From the human T2T-CHM13v2.0 reference genome, Homo sapiens: a stretch of DNA of 64,000 nt. Both the position numbers and the translations under genes were made by a program. The stretch lies in assembly GCF_009914755.1 (NCBI RefSeq), contig NC_060925.1; one strand, 5' to 3'. This document shows positions 11,836 through 26,100 of the stretch, in pieces. The notes beneath the pieces are model-generated. The model made no database searches and was not told the origin of the DNA. It saw only the letters and a program-made list of their open reading frames with translations. The first letter of the stretch is position 1; every line of letters begins with the position of its first letter.

Positions 11836-13220
11836 AGGTAAGGGGAGCCAGTTGGGTTGCGGCGAGGAGTGTTGCTCTACCTGGGGAAGGACCGGGGCAG
11901 TGACATCAGGACTTCTTCAGATATCTGGAAAGTCTCTGGGGATCCTTTGATTGAGCCTTCACCTTCCCCTTCCACAGGGGCTTTGCCTGCCATTCCAGTT
12001 TAGACTGTAACTGGGAGGAACACTGACCTAGGTGCAGGAGGCCTGGGCTCTGCCTTGGCCCTGCCACTCTATAGTCAGGGCAAATCACTCATCCTCCCTG
12101 TGTCTGTTTTTCATCTGTCCCAACAGGGCAATAGCACCTGTCCTCCTGCCTGCCAGGGAGCATTGAGCTTAAGTAGCCATGGACCCAGATGGAGGGCATT
12201 TCCAGTGTTCTGCTAGTTCTTCACCTTTCTGCATCAGCAATGGGACAACTCCAGTGGCAGCAGGTTCTGAGCTTGCTGCACTAGAGAAGGTCACTCACTG
12301 CAAGGGGTGCAAACACCTTGGGGCCCAGCCAGCGTGAAGTGAGTGGGAGGGAGGGATGAGAGGGCCCACGCCCACCCTGTGGATGTCCCTGCTGTGTGAC
12401 CTATGGATCAGGGTCAGGGGACTGTGGTGTCTCTTCCCAACTCTTCAGGGAGTGTCAATGTAGAAACCTAAGAATCAGGAAGTGAGAAAGAGCCTGCTAG
12501 AAACTAGTATGGAGCTAACTCAGAACTTACTGGTCCTGCCAGACTTAGACTGGCTTAAGGGTTCTGTCTGAGTTCTGCTGCCAGGAAGCAGAGAGAAGGG
12601 GACCAGGACCTGGGTTTCCCCTTCTTGCACCTTTCTCCTTCCCCCTCGGCTCCTGGGTTTTCTGGGCTGTGTCTGTGTTAGCCTGCAGGTCTAACCCCCT
12701 CTCTGAGCTGGGTGTTCCAGAAGTGGACTCAGCATGGGCACCAGGCAGGCCAGGGGTTCTGGACTCTGGGTGAGGCTGTGAACCCCTCCTTCCTTTGTTT
12801 CCCATCTTGCCTTGTGCTTACCTCACTAGGAAACCTGCAACCCTACGTGGTTATCATTCATGTACACACCATGCCCTGCCGAATCAGCTTTGAGCTCCCT
12901 GAAACAGGACATTGTTTTATTAATCTTTGCGTACTTGGTACTTAGCACCAAGTCTGGCCCTTGGAAGGTATCAGCTATACTTGGGATGGGCATAGAAGAG
13001 TGCCCTGTAAGCCTGGAGGGTGCGAGGCTAAGGAGGTGGTCTGGGCACAGGTAAGCATTCAGAAGGAGAGGGAGAGTGACTCAGGGATGCAGGCAGCCTC
13101 CCTTCAATTTCCTTATATGAGATGTGTGTGTAAATACACACACACACACATACAAAATGTCAGGGAGAAGGGAGGTATGTAAAAGCCATTTGTACCTTTC
13201 TTTCATCTATAATCTGTTAA

Positions 13221-13553
<333 letters not shown>

Positions 13554-14628
13554 GGATCTGACTTCTTTATTTGTTCTGAAATGTGTAGCTAATTATCTCA
13601 AGCCATTTGCTGAAGATTTGATTCTTTCCCCATTGATTTGAAATTACTGTCCACTCTCATTTCAAAATTTCAGAATTTAAGTGGTTGGAGAGAACCATGG
13701 GCAAGTTCCCTGGTGCAAGTCCTCATTTAGCATATGGAGATAACGGCTTCTCCATCAATATGTCTCATAGTATTTCTGTCAAGAGATAGATATGAACATT
13801 TGAATAAAGACCCTGTGTCCTTATATTGACAAAGCAACAAGAACAACAAACAGGACTCCTATTTCTCAAGTTTTTGAAGATACCTGTTCATCTGAAAAGT
13901 CACTGGGGTCCACGGGGAAAAGTCCCAAGCCCATAGGTCATGTCTGAGACATGAATGCCAACACTCACATGTGAGGAGATTTGGGTTTGGATTTTGGTAC
14001 AAGGCAAGAGCCCATGAAGAGAGGGAAGTGAGAAGGCAGGCACCTATGGATGGATAGAATGTCAGCCTGGGCACAATTTAGTCCTGTGAATTTCAAGAGG
14101 ACACAAATGCCACTCTCACACTGTGAGCTTCTTGAGGCCAAAAGGCCTGAGTCCAGTTTGCCCTCAAGCCCAGATGCATAGTAGGCATCTAATCAATGCT
14201 TATTATACTGATTTTAAATGAATTTTTCCAGTGGGGGATGTACTGGGAAATCAGAAGGTTGTGGGAAGGGGAATACCTCTCTTCTTCCATCCCTGCTCCA
14301 AAATATTCTCTCATTTCTGTATTTAGCTGCAAATGAAGGAAAACCTGAGTAAGCATGGCTTTTAAAAGAGGGGGTTGTATTTTATTTTCTGTCTCACTCA
14401 TCAAGAAGCCCAAAGCAGGCACTCAGATGTCATCCAGGACCCGTTTTTTCTGCATTCTTGTTCTCCTAACCTTTGTTGCAAGGAGATAGGAGAGATAGGA
14501 GGTGGTAAAGTCCAAAGGTTTAAAGGCACACCAACCCAGGAGACCCTAATAATCTTTTTAGGAAGCTCCGCCCAGTAAGTTTCATCACTTTAGCTGCAGA
14601 GGAATCTGGGCAGGCAAGAACTGCTGGG

Positions 14629-14654
14629 GTGTGTGTGTGTGTGTGTGTGTGTGT
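14629..14654. repeat. (GT)13 microsatellite = IL10.R
   Basis: 26-nt perfect repeat ~3.9 kb upstream of the TSS. Confidence 0.93.
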
Positions 14655-14722
14655 GCTTATGCAAATAGATTTTGGAGGGTGCATTCTACAGTTTACAAGA
14701 TCTTATAAAGAATCTGCCTCCC

Positions 14723-15135
14723 ATTAGAGCAGTCATCGGCCAACCTCCCCAACAGCACTTGGGTTTTCCTGTTGAGAGCGGGGACTGAGAGACAGGACTA
14801 GCTGGATTTCCTAGACCAACTAAGAATCCCTAAGCCTAGCTGGGAAGGTGACCGCATCCACCTTTAAACACGGGGCTTGCAACTTAGCTCACACCCGACC
14901 AATCAGGTGGTAAAGAGAGCTCACTAAAATGCTAATTAGGCAAAAACGGGAGGTAAAGAAATAGCCAATCATCTATCGCCTGAGAGCACAGCGGGAGGGA
15001 CAATGATCGGGACATAAACCCGGGCATCCAAGCCGGCAATGGCTACCCTCTTTGGGTCCCTTCCCTTTGTATGGGAGCTCTGTTTTCACTGTATTAAATC
15101 TTGCAACTACAAAAAAAAAAAAAAAAAAAAAAAAA
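14723..15135 (+). mobile_element. 5'-truncated HERV-W processed retrocopy (post-env/PPT region + LTR17 U3-R + poly(A))
   Basis: LTR17 start TGAGAGACAGGACTAGCTGGATTTCC at 14786 preceded by a PPT; ATTAAA 15093-15098, then poly(A) instead of U5; 16-bp TSD. Confidence 0.88.
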
Positions 15136-15151
15136 AAAGAATCTGCCTCCC

Positions 15152-15783
<632 letters not shown>

Positions 15784-16299
15784 TCAGGGATCCGGGCTTG
15801 CTGGACTCTGGGTTTAGACAGCTTGTTGGGCAACACGGTCAGCCGGCAGAGAGCAGGCAGGTTGACGATGCAGGCAGAGAAGGTGAGACCGTGCCCATCT
15901 TGGGGATGGGTGACAACTGTCCTGATGAAGAAGCCCCTCCGGGCTTGACTCCTATTTGCCATTAGTAGTTATTTTTTAAAGCTGATAACGGGAGTTTCAT
16001 TTCTTCTTATCCAGGACATTTAGTGTGTAAAATAGCTTTGCCAGCTTGAAATTTCTAGTATTCCCTCGAATAAGCTTCCTCAGCTCCTAGGACAGAGGCT
16101 TCCTCAGAAGCTGTGCTGCAACAGACCCCAATGCCTATCACACACCCAAAGTGTGGCCAGTTTGGGGTGCAAGGAGACAGGAGTCTGTGAGCACTGTATT
16201 CCTCTGGGCTTTCCTGACATTGGCTTTGATAGTGTCTGGGGTACTTCAGAATAAACGCCTGGTGGGCCAGAAGTTTAAGAGGAGCCCGGGCTGGGGCTG

Positions 16300-16480
16300 G
16301 CCCTTAGGTGGAATGGAACAAGGGTTATGCAAACCGGATTAAGCGCCCTTCCGAGGATCATGGCCGGCAGACACTGCAAACCACAGATGAGCGGAAGGGC
16401 TGATCTTTGGGCAGCCAATGTGGAATTCCCCTTTGTGCAACTATGGCACCAAATCAGGCAATTTGGATTTTCCTTAGGGG
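16300..16480. promoter_or_regulatory. Candidate NF-kB/C/EBP enhancer at -5.7 kb
   Basis: Perfect kB site GGGGAATTCC (minus, 16431-16422), C/EBP-like TTGTGCAA 16433-16440 and TTATGCAA 16325-16332. Confidence 0.65.
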
Positions 16481-17151
16481 ATGGACACTGTGCTCTGTAA
16501 CTTCTCATATGAGAAATTTGGCTTATCAGGGACCAGGACACCAGGTGTTTGAGCCTTGGCCACCCAGAGGACCATAGTTGTTTCTGCTCTGTCTGCATGA
16601 CTACCTAGGATAACTAGTGGGCTCCTGAGTGTGGGGCACAAATGGATTCTTTTAGCTCCAGGACTGTCCCTCTGGTGCGCTTTAGTTTGCTCCAGTCTCC
16701 ACTGGATGGCTGGCACCTCCAACCCAACATATCCAAGCAGGGCTGGGTTTGTAGATAAGTGACTTCTGCAGTCACACAGGGTCCCATGACTAAAAAAGTC
16801 CTCCCCTTACTCTGCTACCACCATCTTGAAATTCTCAATAACTGTTGAGCAGGGGGTTCCACATTTTTATTTTGTACTGTCTTCCCCTGCCAATTTATGT
16901 AGTTGATTCTGTATCTGAGAGTAAAATCATCTCTCTCTGGTTTCACCTTCATCCAGTGCACCCTCGCTCAGTAAATGGAACTATCAATTAACTCTAGAAA
17001 TGATTTGTTGGTCCCTCCCTCTTCCTTGCCAATCTATGTTCAATCTATCACCAGAACCTCCACATTTTTCTTCATAAACATTTCTCTAATCTACTGATTT
17101 GTCTCCATTTCCATCATCACCAGCAATGACTGTCTGGTTCAAGCTACTATC

Positions 17152-17717
17152 TGTTGGTAGAAGAGCTGAGGCAGGACTGGCTTGTCTGTCATAATATAAA
17201 AGAGTCTTGGGAGATGTCCGGGGTCCAGGGTCTAAAACCGCTCGTGGCCTTTGGAACACCAAGCTCTGTGCCAAAGGGTAGAAGGCTGCCCTGCTGCACC
17301 ACAAATCTAAGCCCAGGGCATAAAATCCCTCGTGGCTTGGATGGAATGTGCACAGACTTGTTGGTTGCTCTCCCAGGCTCGTAAACATGCTCTCCATTAT
17401 CTTGAGCAGCAGAGCATATTCTATATGTGTCAAAGAAAATGCTAAACCATCACAGCTATGCTTGATGCACCACTACCTTTCTACCCCCACATCCTCACGC
17501 CCTCACCTGTTTACCCCCACGTCCTCACCACCTGCTTCTTTGTTTGATCACCAATAAATAGTGTGGGCTCCCAGAGCTCAGGGCCTTTGCAGCCTCCATA
17601 CCAGTGTTGGCCCACTGGACCCATTTTATGCACCCTTAACTTGTCTTTTCTCATTCCTTTGACTCTGCTGGACTTTGTAGCCCCCATGGCCTAGTGTTGG
17701 GTCTAATCACCCCAACA
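17152..17717 (+). mobile_element. Solo ERVK-class LTR, probably LTR22 (HML-5)
   Basis: TGTTGG...CCAACA inverted termini, AATAAA at ~17553, 5-bp TSD ctatc/ctgtc. Confidence 0.75.
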
Positions 17718-18060
17718 CTGTCTCATCTCTCCTGGACTCCAAAATAAATGCCAAATTGTTATTCTAATATCCATTCTCTAGACCGTTCTCCACGTTGTAG
17801 CAAGAGTAATTATTTCCAAGCACCAATCTGATCATGACTCTGTTGCTACTTGAACCCTTCCATGGCTTCCCACTTTCCCTCTCTTGGTCAAATAAGGACT
17901 CATATTCTAATGTTTTCTATAACTTCCTTTATCATCTGACACTGCCTATCTCTTCTGCTTCAACTTGCGGCACTCTTCACTTTCTACTTCCCTCTGCACT
18001 CCAGCCTCATTGACTTTCTTCTTCTTTTTTTTCAAATGATCCGCATGCTCTCTCTCTCTC

Positions 18061-18190
18061 TTTTTTTTTTTTTAAAGAGACAGGGTCTTGCTATGTTGCC
18101 CAGGCTGTTTTTGAACTCCTAGGCTCAAGTAATCCTCTTGCCTCAGCCTCCAAGTGGCTGGGCTTACATTGCACCAGCCACTATGCCCAG
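18061..18190 (-). mobile_element. Alu monomer (FLAM-like)
   Basis: Single left-arm-like monomer with T tract. Confidence 0.8.
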
Positions 18191-19366
18191 TGATTTATCC
18201 CCTCTCTCTCCTATCACAGGGCCTTTGCACATTTAGTTCTCCCTTCCTGCTCTCCTCCTGTCTTCATCCTTCAGCTCTCAGCTCAGATGTTCCTTCCTTA
18301 AATGAGTTCATCATTCCCCAGTCTAGGTCAGGCCCCCTGGGTGTATCTTCTCAGAACACCTTGCTCCCACCCCTCTGTAGTATTTATGTCAGTTTGTAAT
18401 TAGACATGTGGCTATGTGATCATTTGATTGACCTCTGTCTCTCCTGTGAGACTGTGACCACTTCGAGGGCAGGGCCTGTATCTGTTTTTGATGAGTGTTG
18501 TTTGCTCAGTACTCAGCATGGTTCTGGGCACATCCAAGGTTCTCACTAAATATTTGTTGGCTGACTGGGCGGCTGAGCATGTGCTTCCTAAACTTTTTGT
18601 AGTGCTACATGGCTATATGTCTGTTCTTCCATCTCTTATAAAGTAGAAGTAGAGAATGGATTCATCTGAAGAAACCACTGTCCTTACAAACTATATGCCT
18701 ATACCTATTATAGCTTTTCCAGTTTTTAAAAGAATTGATCTGATTACTAATTAGTGCTCTTCCAGGCGGATGTTAACTCCTCCATGGCTGCTGGAATGTT
18801 AAAATTCTATATGGACGTCAGAAGAAGAGGGGGTCTTATCAAATTCACGTGTCTTCTTTTATAAATGGGCAAACAGAGGCCTAGAGAAGAAGACTTTCCC
18901 AGGTCCTAGAGGTAGTTAATGGCAAAGGTAGAATCTGAATGCAATTCTTTTTCAGATCAGTACCTAATTCCTTTACTCATGTAAGTATCAAATCACTCTG
19001 GGTTCTCTGGGCCTGCAGCAACAATTAGGGGCAGCTGTCTAAGATGTGTTCGGTGTGTGAGGTTGTGGTGGTAAGAAGTTGAAAGTCTGTGACAATAAGT
19101 TTCCATCCATTAAACAGTTATGAATCTATTTTGTACTCCTTGGGTACCTTAAGTTTAGGAATTGGGAATGATAGTGAGGGTGGCTTAGATATTTTTGTCT
19201 TAGGGGAAGATTTCTGCCTTGGAGTGTTTTCAGACAGAATGGTGTTTCTATTTTGTCTCTGATCCATGAGTGTCACAGTGTTATAAAGCATAGTTTGGCC
19301 TGCCTTCCCACTGCAGTACCCCTACAGGAGCAACACCTTCCAGAAACCTTATAAAAGAGAGGAGAG

Positions 19367-19661
19367 GGGCCAGGCGCGGTGGCTCACGCCTGTAATCCCA
19401 GCACTTTGGGAGGCCGAGATGGGCGGATCACTAGGTCAGTAGTTCAAGACCAGCCTGGCCAACATGGTGAAACCCTGTCTCTACTAAAAATACAAAAATT
19501 AGCTGGGCGTGGTGAGGCTGAGGCAGGAGAATCACTTGAATCTGGGAGGCTGAGGCTGCAGTGAGCAGAGATCGCGCCACTGTGCTCCAGCCTGGGCGAC
19601 AGAGCAAGACTCTGTCTCAAAAAAAAAAAAAAAAAAAAAAAAGAAAAAAAAAGAAAAAAAA
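19367..19661 (+). mobile_element. Alu with a short internal deletion in the right arm
   Basis: ggcgtggtg joined directly to aggctgagg. Confidence 0.92.
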
Positions 19662-19960
19662 GAGAGAGAGGAGGAAGTTGAGCACTTTGCTCAGAAGGAC
19701 ATCATCCTGCCCATTCTGGTCCTTACCTCTAAAACGTGCCACTGACTCTCAATCCTCCCCATACTCCGTGTGTTTTGTGCATTTTGGATGCACAGCTGCA
19801 TCACACATGAAGATGCAGTTGCTTCCTCCCACCCTGGATTCATGCTACTTCCACTATGACTGTCATTTACATGTGCCCCTCTTAGCTCATAGACTAAGGA
19901 AGAAGGGAAAGGGAGTGGGTGCGAGCAACTGCGTCCAGCCTTGCCCCCGGTTCCCTAAGT

Positions 19961-20618
19961 CAGCTGTTGGCGAACTATGTGGATCCAGGACTCTTTTACA
20001 TCTTCAAAGTTATAGAGGACCCCCAAAGAGCTTTCACTTATGTGGGTTATATATACATATATATGTATATAGTTATATATACATATATATGTATATAGTT
20101 ATATATACATATATATGTATATAGTTATATATACATATATATGTATATAGTTATATATACATATATATGTATATGTTATATATACATATATATGTATATG
20201 TTATATATACATATATATGTATATAGTTATATATACATATATATGTATATAGTTATATATACATATATGTGTAAACATTTATCATATTAGAAAGTAAAAC
20301 TGATAAATTTTTAAAAATACCTCCTATGACATCTTTTTAAAGTCATAAACAATAATAAACCCTTACATGTTAACATGGCATTTTTAAATGAGATGTAACT
20401 ATTTTCCAAACCAAAACACATTTAGTGAGAAGAGTGGCAGTGTTCTGCATTTTTTTCCAAGCATTTTTAACTCTCTGGCTTGATAGAAGCAGGATCCTCA
20501 CAACTGCTCTTACATGCGGTCTGTTGTAATATGCCGTTTTAGTTGGAGCATAAGAATTTTCCCCTGGAAAAGGGAAGACCTCTCAGGGTTTCTCAGACCA
20601 CCCTTAGAGAATGAATGC
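19961..20618. mobile_element. hAT-Charlie DNA transposon relic
   Basis: gaggacccccaaagagcttt...atgtgggttatat and gtgagaagagtggca motifs; family from recall. Confidence 0.6.
20046..20270. repeat. AT-rich minisatellite, 25-26-bp unit GTTATATATACATATATATGTATAT(A), 8 full + 1 partial copies
   Basis: Units start at 20046, 20072, 20098, 20124, 20150, 20175, 20200, 20226, 20252. Confidence 0.96.
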
Positions 20619-22659
20619 TGTAAGTGTTTCACAGAAATCTCTGGGTGAGGACAAGTAGGAGGAGAATGATCAAAGTGTGGCCTCAGAGGCAGGTGCAGAG
20701 GATGTACCCAAAGGGCACCTGGCTTGGGTAGACAAGGGAGAAGCCTACTGCTGTATTCTTTATTCAGAGTTTCCAAATAGCCAGGGTGGTCTTTCAGTTT
20801 AGCAGCTCCTGTGAGCCTCTCACATGTCACGGAAGCTACAGTGCCTCACAAGCGGTGTTTGTGGTTTCAAGTCAAAACCCATGGGAGTTCTGGGGTTGAT
20901 TTGCCAGTGACCTGTCATTACTGTAAACCCCTTCTCCAAGGGGCCCCAGGCCTAGGACTAGGTTCTAGAGGCTGGGTGTGGTCAAGGGGCACAGAGCTGT
21001 TGGACAGGCTCTACTGCAGGCTTATTTTGGGCTCTGCTTTCTTCTTCTGCCTTTTATTCTCCTCTCTCCCTCCTCTTTAATTCTAAGGGGCATTAAAAAC
21101 CCTGCTTAGTCTTTGGTAACTCTTGTGCTTTCTCAGTTTTTAGAACAACATTGAAAATAAAAACAGACATTTCCTAGCCCCACTGGCCAGAATTTGTCCA
21201 ATTAAATCAATATCATTGGCTTGCCATTCTCGTCTCATCCCATGCAGATTTGCCTGGCACACACAGTAGGTGAGCTCTAAGTGCTCTGGTGAACTTAGAA
21301 ATCATTTTATAAGGAGGGCACCCTTTTAGGAACTGGGTCAGACATTGTGTGGTCATATTAAAGCTCAATCCCTGGTTGCCCACCTGATTGTGGGAGACCA
21401 TCTATAGAAGGAGGGGAAAAAGAAACTCCTTTTCCCAGGGTGCTGGACTAAGAACTCCAGAGGCCCTAAGTTGTCTCGACCTTCAGATGTAGTTCAAAAT
21501 AGTTTAAGGAGGCCCAACAAGGTTCTGATACTCTTTTGATGATTTTAAAAGTATTCTTTTTAAGATTAAAATACTTAAAATACAAGGAATACTTTCTAAA
21601 CAGTATTATTCTTTCAAGTAATTAAGGAGAATCTGTTTGTACCTTGGCTTTTGGGTGATCTGAGACTGTTCCCAGCAAGAACCTTGAATTCAGGTGCCTC
21701 AAACAGTGGGTTGGATATAAATTGGTATCAGGTAGTCAACTGGTTTCACGAAAGCGGCTAAGGGTTGTGCACTTGAGCCTCTCTTATGTGGCAGACCTTA
21801 TATACCTCTGACAGCAAAGGCTGGAAGTGCCTTCCCCACTTTGCTCAACCCCCAGCCCTACCCTGGGTCCAAGTGTTCTGTTATTGGAAACCCCAAGATG
21901 TGCTCTGTCTTTGGGCTTGTCTTTGCAGCAGAGCATGGTGGTTAAGTGTGAGGGCCCTGGAGTCGGACTGGGTTTGCAACCCAGCTCTGCCCTTTCCCAT
22001 CTGTGTGACCTTGGGCAAGTTTCTGAGCCTCCCTGTGCGGCAGTATCTATATACAATTGGAGATGATAATTGGTGCTGTCGTAGTGTTGCAAGGGCGGAA
22101 TGAGTGACTGTACACAATGCTTGGATGAATACTTGACATACAGCAAGTAGCCAGCCCACCTGAAGTGTAGTGGTTGATGTTTTTCCTTGGGAATACTCAG
22201 CTGCTAAAAGCTAAGTATGTCTCTTCGTGGATCTGAAGACTTGGAACAGACCAATTTCAACTCCAATATTCTGAGGATGTTACAGGGAGACAGAGAAGTC
22301 AGTCTCATAGTAGAAAGACTGACTGGCTCAGGCATTTAGGAGGCCTAGTTTCCAGCCCTGGACCTTCTACTATGAGATCCCAAACAAGTTCCTTTTCATC
22401 CCTTGGCCTTGCTTTCTGCATCAATAATCCAAGGGCTTGCCAGAGTTGTTTTTCTAAGAAGATTTCCAAAGCTAATGCCCTTAAATTTTGTGATTCCCCT
22501 ATCTCTCCTCCCAGCCTGCCCCTTCTGTTCCCCTCGGCAGGAGCGAGCGAACATGAGTGGTTCTGATACATATTTTCCTTCCTTTCCAAATCCACCAGGT
22601 CAGCACAAGACCAGGCCCTGTCAGCCTCTTCTAGCTCATAGCTTCTGCCCAGCCCTGGA

Positions 22660-23130
22660 AGTGCCATTCTGTAAGAGAAACAAAACCTTTTCCTCCGGCA
22701 GCTTTTGCGTGTGTTCACCTGTATTTCCTTCTCGCAATCCTGGCCCCCAGCACTTTGAGGTTGCAGTTTCGTTGTGAGTCAGGCCTGCTGAGAGCAGTGG
22801 AAATCAGAAGAGCCTCCACTTGGTAGGGGAGGACGTGATGCTGCCTTTTCCTCAAGAGCATGGCCCCGGGGGCGGCGGGGGTGTGGAAGGGAGGTGGTCA
22901 CCTTCCGGAAGTGGATTTCTCACATTGACTGTTTCAGGGAGAAAAGAAGATTACTGGAAAGCCCTAGAAAGCGCTTCACATCTCTTTCAGAAAGAACTTT
23001 GCGTTCTCAAGCAATTATCTGCACCACGCAGTAAAATGTCTGTGTTGCGTTGATGCCTGCGCGACGCAGGCCTATGCCGAGGAGGAAGTGTTGTTGGTGT
23101 ACTTGGCTCCTGACGTGGGACTCAGATAAT
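22660..23130. promoter_or_regulatory. Distal IL10 enhancer at ~-12 kb (probable orthologue of mouse CNS-9)
   Basis: Perfect AICE TTTC-N4-TGAGTCA 22767-22781, NFAT TGGAAA ~22798 and ~22955, ETS CCGGAAGTG 22905-22913, CRE-like TGACGTGG 23111-23118, CpG enrichment. Confidence 0.75.
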
Positions 23131-26100
23131 AAATTCCCTTGAGAGAGGTGACCATGGGATCCTGGATTCCCGTGGCAGAGCACAGTGAGGCCAGTCTGGG
23201 TGCTGGTTCAGTCCCAGGAGTTGCCAGCTGCTACGGGCTTTGAAGTATTAAAGTCCCCCAATGCCTCCATTGTATCCCATGGGAAAAGGCGAGCAGGCAG
23301 GGAGGAATGGCCAGTGCTAGAAACAGGATATCTGACCCCTGTGAAAACCACTGTGGATGAATACTCGGGTCATGCAGGCTCTGGATCAGCAGATTCTTGG
23401 ATCCTTGAAGGAGGGTCCATGCAGGTAGACTTCAGGTAGACTGAAGACCCATGGAACACAAACATATATATAATGCAAAAGAACACATACACCACCCCCA
23501 ATTTAGAAGTGCCTGTTTTCTATGGACTTGAGTGGCAACCATTGGCACTTCCTTAACCGTGCTTGTGAGAAATCCTTTACGAAATCACCAGCAACTTCTA
23601 GAGAGTCAGGAGGTCAAATACAGTGGTGGGAAAGAAGCCATGAAAATAACACTGAAATCCCTGGGTGGTTCTAATCCTGGAAGCTGAGTTCCTGTGGGGC
23701 TGATCTGTGAGCTGGGACAGGTGGGGAGGAGAGTAGGTCATCTGGGAGCATGTGGTTAAGCAGAGCAGAAGGTTAGCATTTCAATGGAGGGCTTACAGCC
23801 CCTCAGAGGGGAAAGTGCAGAGGGACCTCCAGAGAGGGCAGCCAGGGAGAGGGAGCAGAGTGTGACAGAAGTTGACCCAAGACGACCTCGACTATTTCAG
23901 ATGTTGCCTGAGGCTGTTCATATGTCCAGTAGGAGAAAGAAGCTGTCCTTTGTAAATCTCATAGACCCCCAGCTCCCAAGAACCTGAACTAAGTTTGGTC
24001 CTATTTATAGTGTAACCCCTGCTTTGTAGGCTGTGAATGAATCAACATTTATAAGTAGAGTTTCTACAGAGATGTTGCTCCAGTTTCCAAAAAAGTGACT
24101 TACAGACATCTGTACAAAATTGGAAAGCTACCTGCACCGAAGTGTATAAACATATATCTGGTCAAAGGGGTCACAGGATGTAAACTGTGTGTTAGGGAGG
24201 GGTGGTGACGGGGACTTGGGGTGGGGAAGTGAAAGGGGAGGGATATAGGACATCCTTAGAGGGTATCATGAGCAAGCTGGCCTCACCAAAGCTCTGCCAT
24301 TGGAATCCAGAATCCCATGTACATCTTTACCAAAGATACCCTATCATATCTGTAAGATGGAAAACATAATGATACTTACCTGCTGACTATGAGAAAAAAA
24401 TGGGAAAAATGCTTGTCATAGTGCACGGTTTATAGCAAGCACTCAATGACTTTTACCTGACAAGCCATTGCTTACTCTGCAATGACTGTAACTGTACTGA
24501 GACTACTACAGCTACTACGGCCAGTACTATCACGACAGCTATGACTGTTGATATCACCACAATTTCTCTTTCTCTTCTGGGCTTCCTGAAATGACTGAAC
24601 ATCCAAAGATTGGTGCAAGTGGAGGGAGAGTTAGTGTCCCCACAGTCCTTTCTGTGTGAGTGAGGGTTGGCTGGGGACTACAAGGCAAGGTTCTTGGTGG
24701 AGTGGGAAGCAGGAGCTTCTGGTCACTGTGACCATAGCTGGGGCTGCTGTTTCATTTCAGGTAAAATCAGAGGGCTTTAGAGTAAACAGGAGGGGAGGAG
24801 GAGAGACTGAGTTGCAGCAGCCCACGTTGAGCCAGAACTTGCTTCTCTATTGGCTGCAGTGGTGGGAAAATTGAGGTTGAGGCTGCTATTGCCACTGTAA
24901 CCAAGGTGCGGGCCTGTGGAAATGGTGCAAGGGATGCTGAGCTCTTCATATTGACCTCACCCTTCTCCCCAGTACTTCCCAGCCTAGCTGAGCTAAAGGC
25001 CACATGGAGGTTTATTCAGCTGTAGTTACTGCCATCAACATTCTGAGAACAACAAATTAACATGTTAAATTCTGTTCTCCAGCCCCCAAGCCACCGGAGA
25101 ACAGAACGCATTCTTAAAGTCTTAGTTTTTCCAAACCACCAAGCCAGGTTCACTTTTCAAAGCACTCATTTTATCAGCAAAACTCCACTCTCACAAAGCC
25201 CAGGGCTTTCAGAACACAGCCCAACCTAGCTTGACATTTGCACTCCCAAATGCCTTCACAGCTTTCCTTCCCACAGGTTCTCTCCACAAGATCTCTGACC
25301 AAAACACGGGGGCTCTCACTATTGTCAGAATATGCCCTGTGCTCTCCCACGTCCTTACTTCCACTCATGGCTTCACTGGCCTGCAATGACCACCCTTCCT
25401 TTTCACCAACAGAATTCTTTCAATTCAGCACTGCCTCTTCCATGAGCCTTCCTTTAACAACCTGACTCCACTGAGATTTCATTTTTAAAAAAATCCTCCA
25501 GTGCTTATGACCATCCTTGGCAGTACTTTGTGTACCCTGCCTTAGAGTTGTGAGATGTCTTTGCCTGCATGGATGCATGTGTGCACATATGCATATGTGT
25601 GGGTGTATTGTGTGTATTTCATCCCTGTGGACTGGACACATGTTTTATATATGCCAGAGATAGAGAGGAGATGCAGTCTAGCTTGGTGTGAATATTTTGC
25701 TCATTTTGACTAAGGCACAGGTTTACGATTCTCAAATGGTAAAGACCTAGGTCCGGGAAAAGGAGGCCTGGGTTTCGGTCTTTCTTCTGTGTGACTGTGG
25801 AGATGTCTTCCACCTTCAATGAGTCTTGATTTCTGTCTCTGTGAAATGGAGAGACTCCTCAGTTCTTTCTCCTGCTTTACAGAGGATCAAAGAGATTTGT
25901 CAATAGGTTGAAATACTTTAAAGCCATAAAATAGCTAAATACATGAAAGAGCCCCTCTGTGGTCTTGTCTTTGACTCAAGAAGGGAGGCTCTGGTGGCTT
26001 TTCTCAGAACCAGCAGTAGGACTAGGATCCAGGAGTTTCTCCTCTCCAGCCATGCCACATACCACCAAGCTACACAATCTTTTCCTGGGCTGCGTTATCC

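Noticed and set aside
19561-20124. 187-aa ORF
   Set aside because: Non-ATG start inside an Alu; runs through the A-tail and ends in the AT minisatellite.
20046-20270. Regular ~26-bp palindromic repeats superficially like a CRISPR array
   Set aside because: No unique spacers, no cas genes, eukaryotic context; it is a minisatellite.
24480-24560. Period-3 ACT/GCT-rich stretch resembling coding sequence
   Set aside because: Best explained as a decayed trinucleotide microsatellite next to a MIR-like element; no ORF or splice support.
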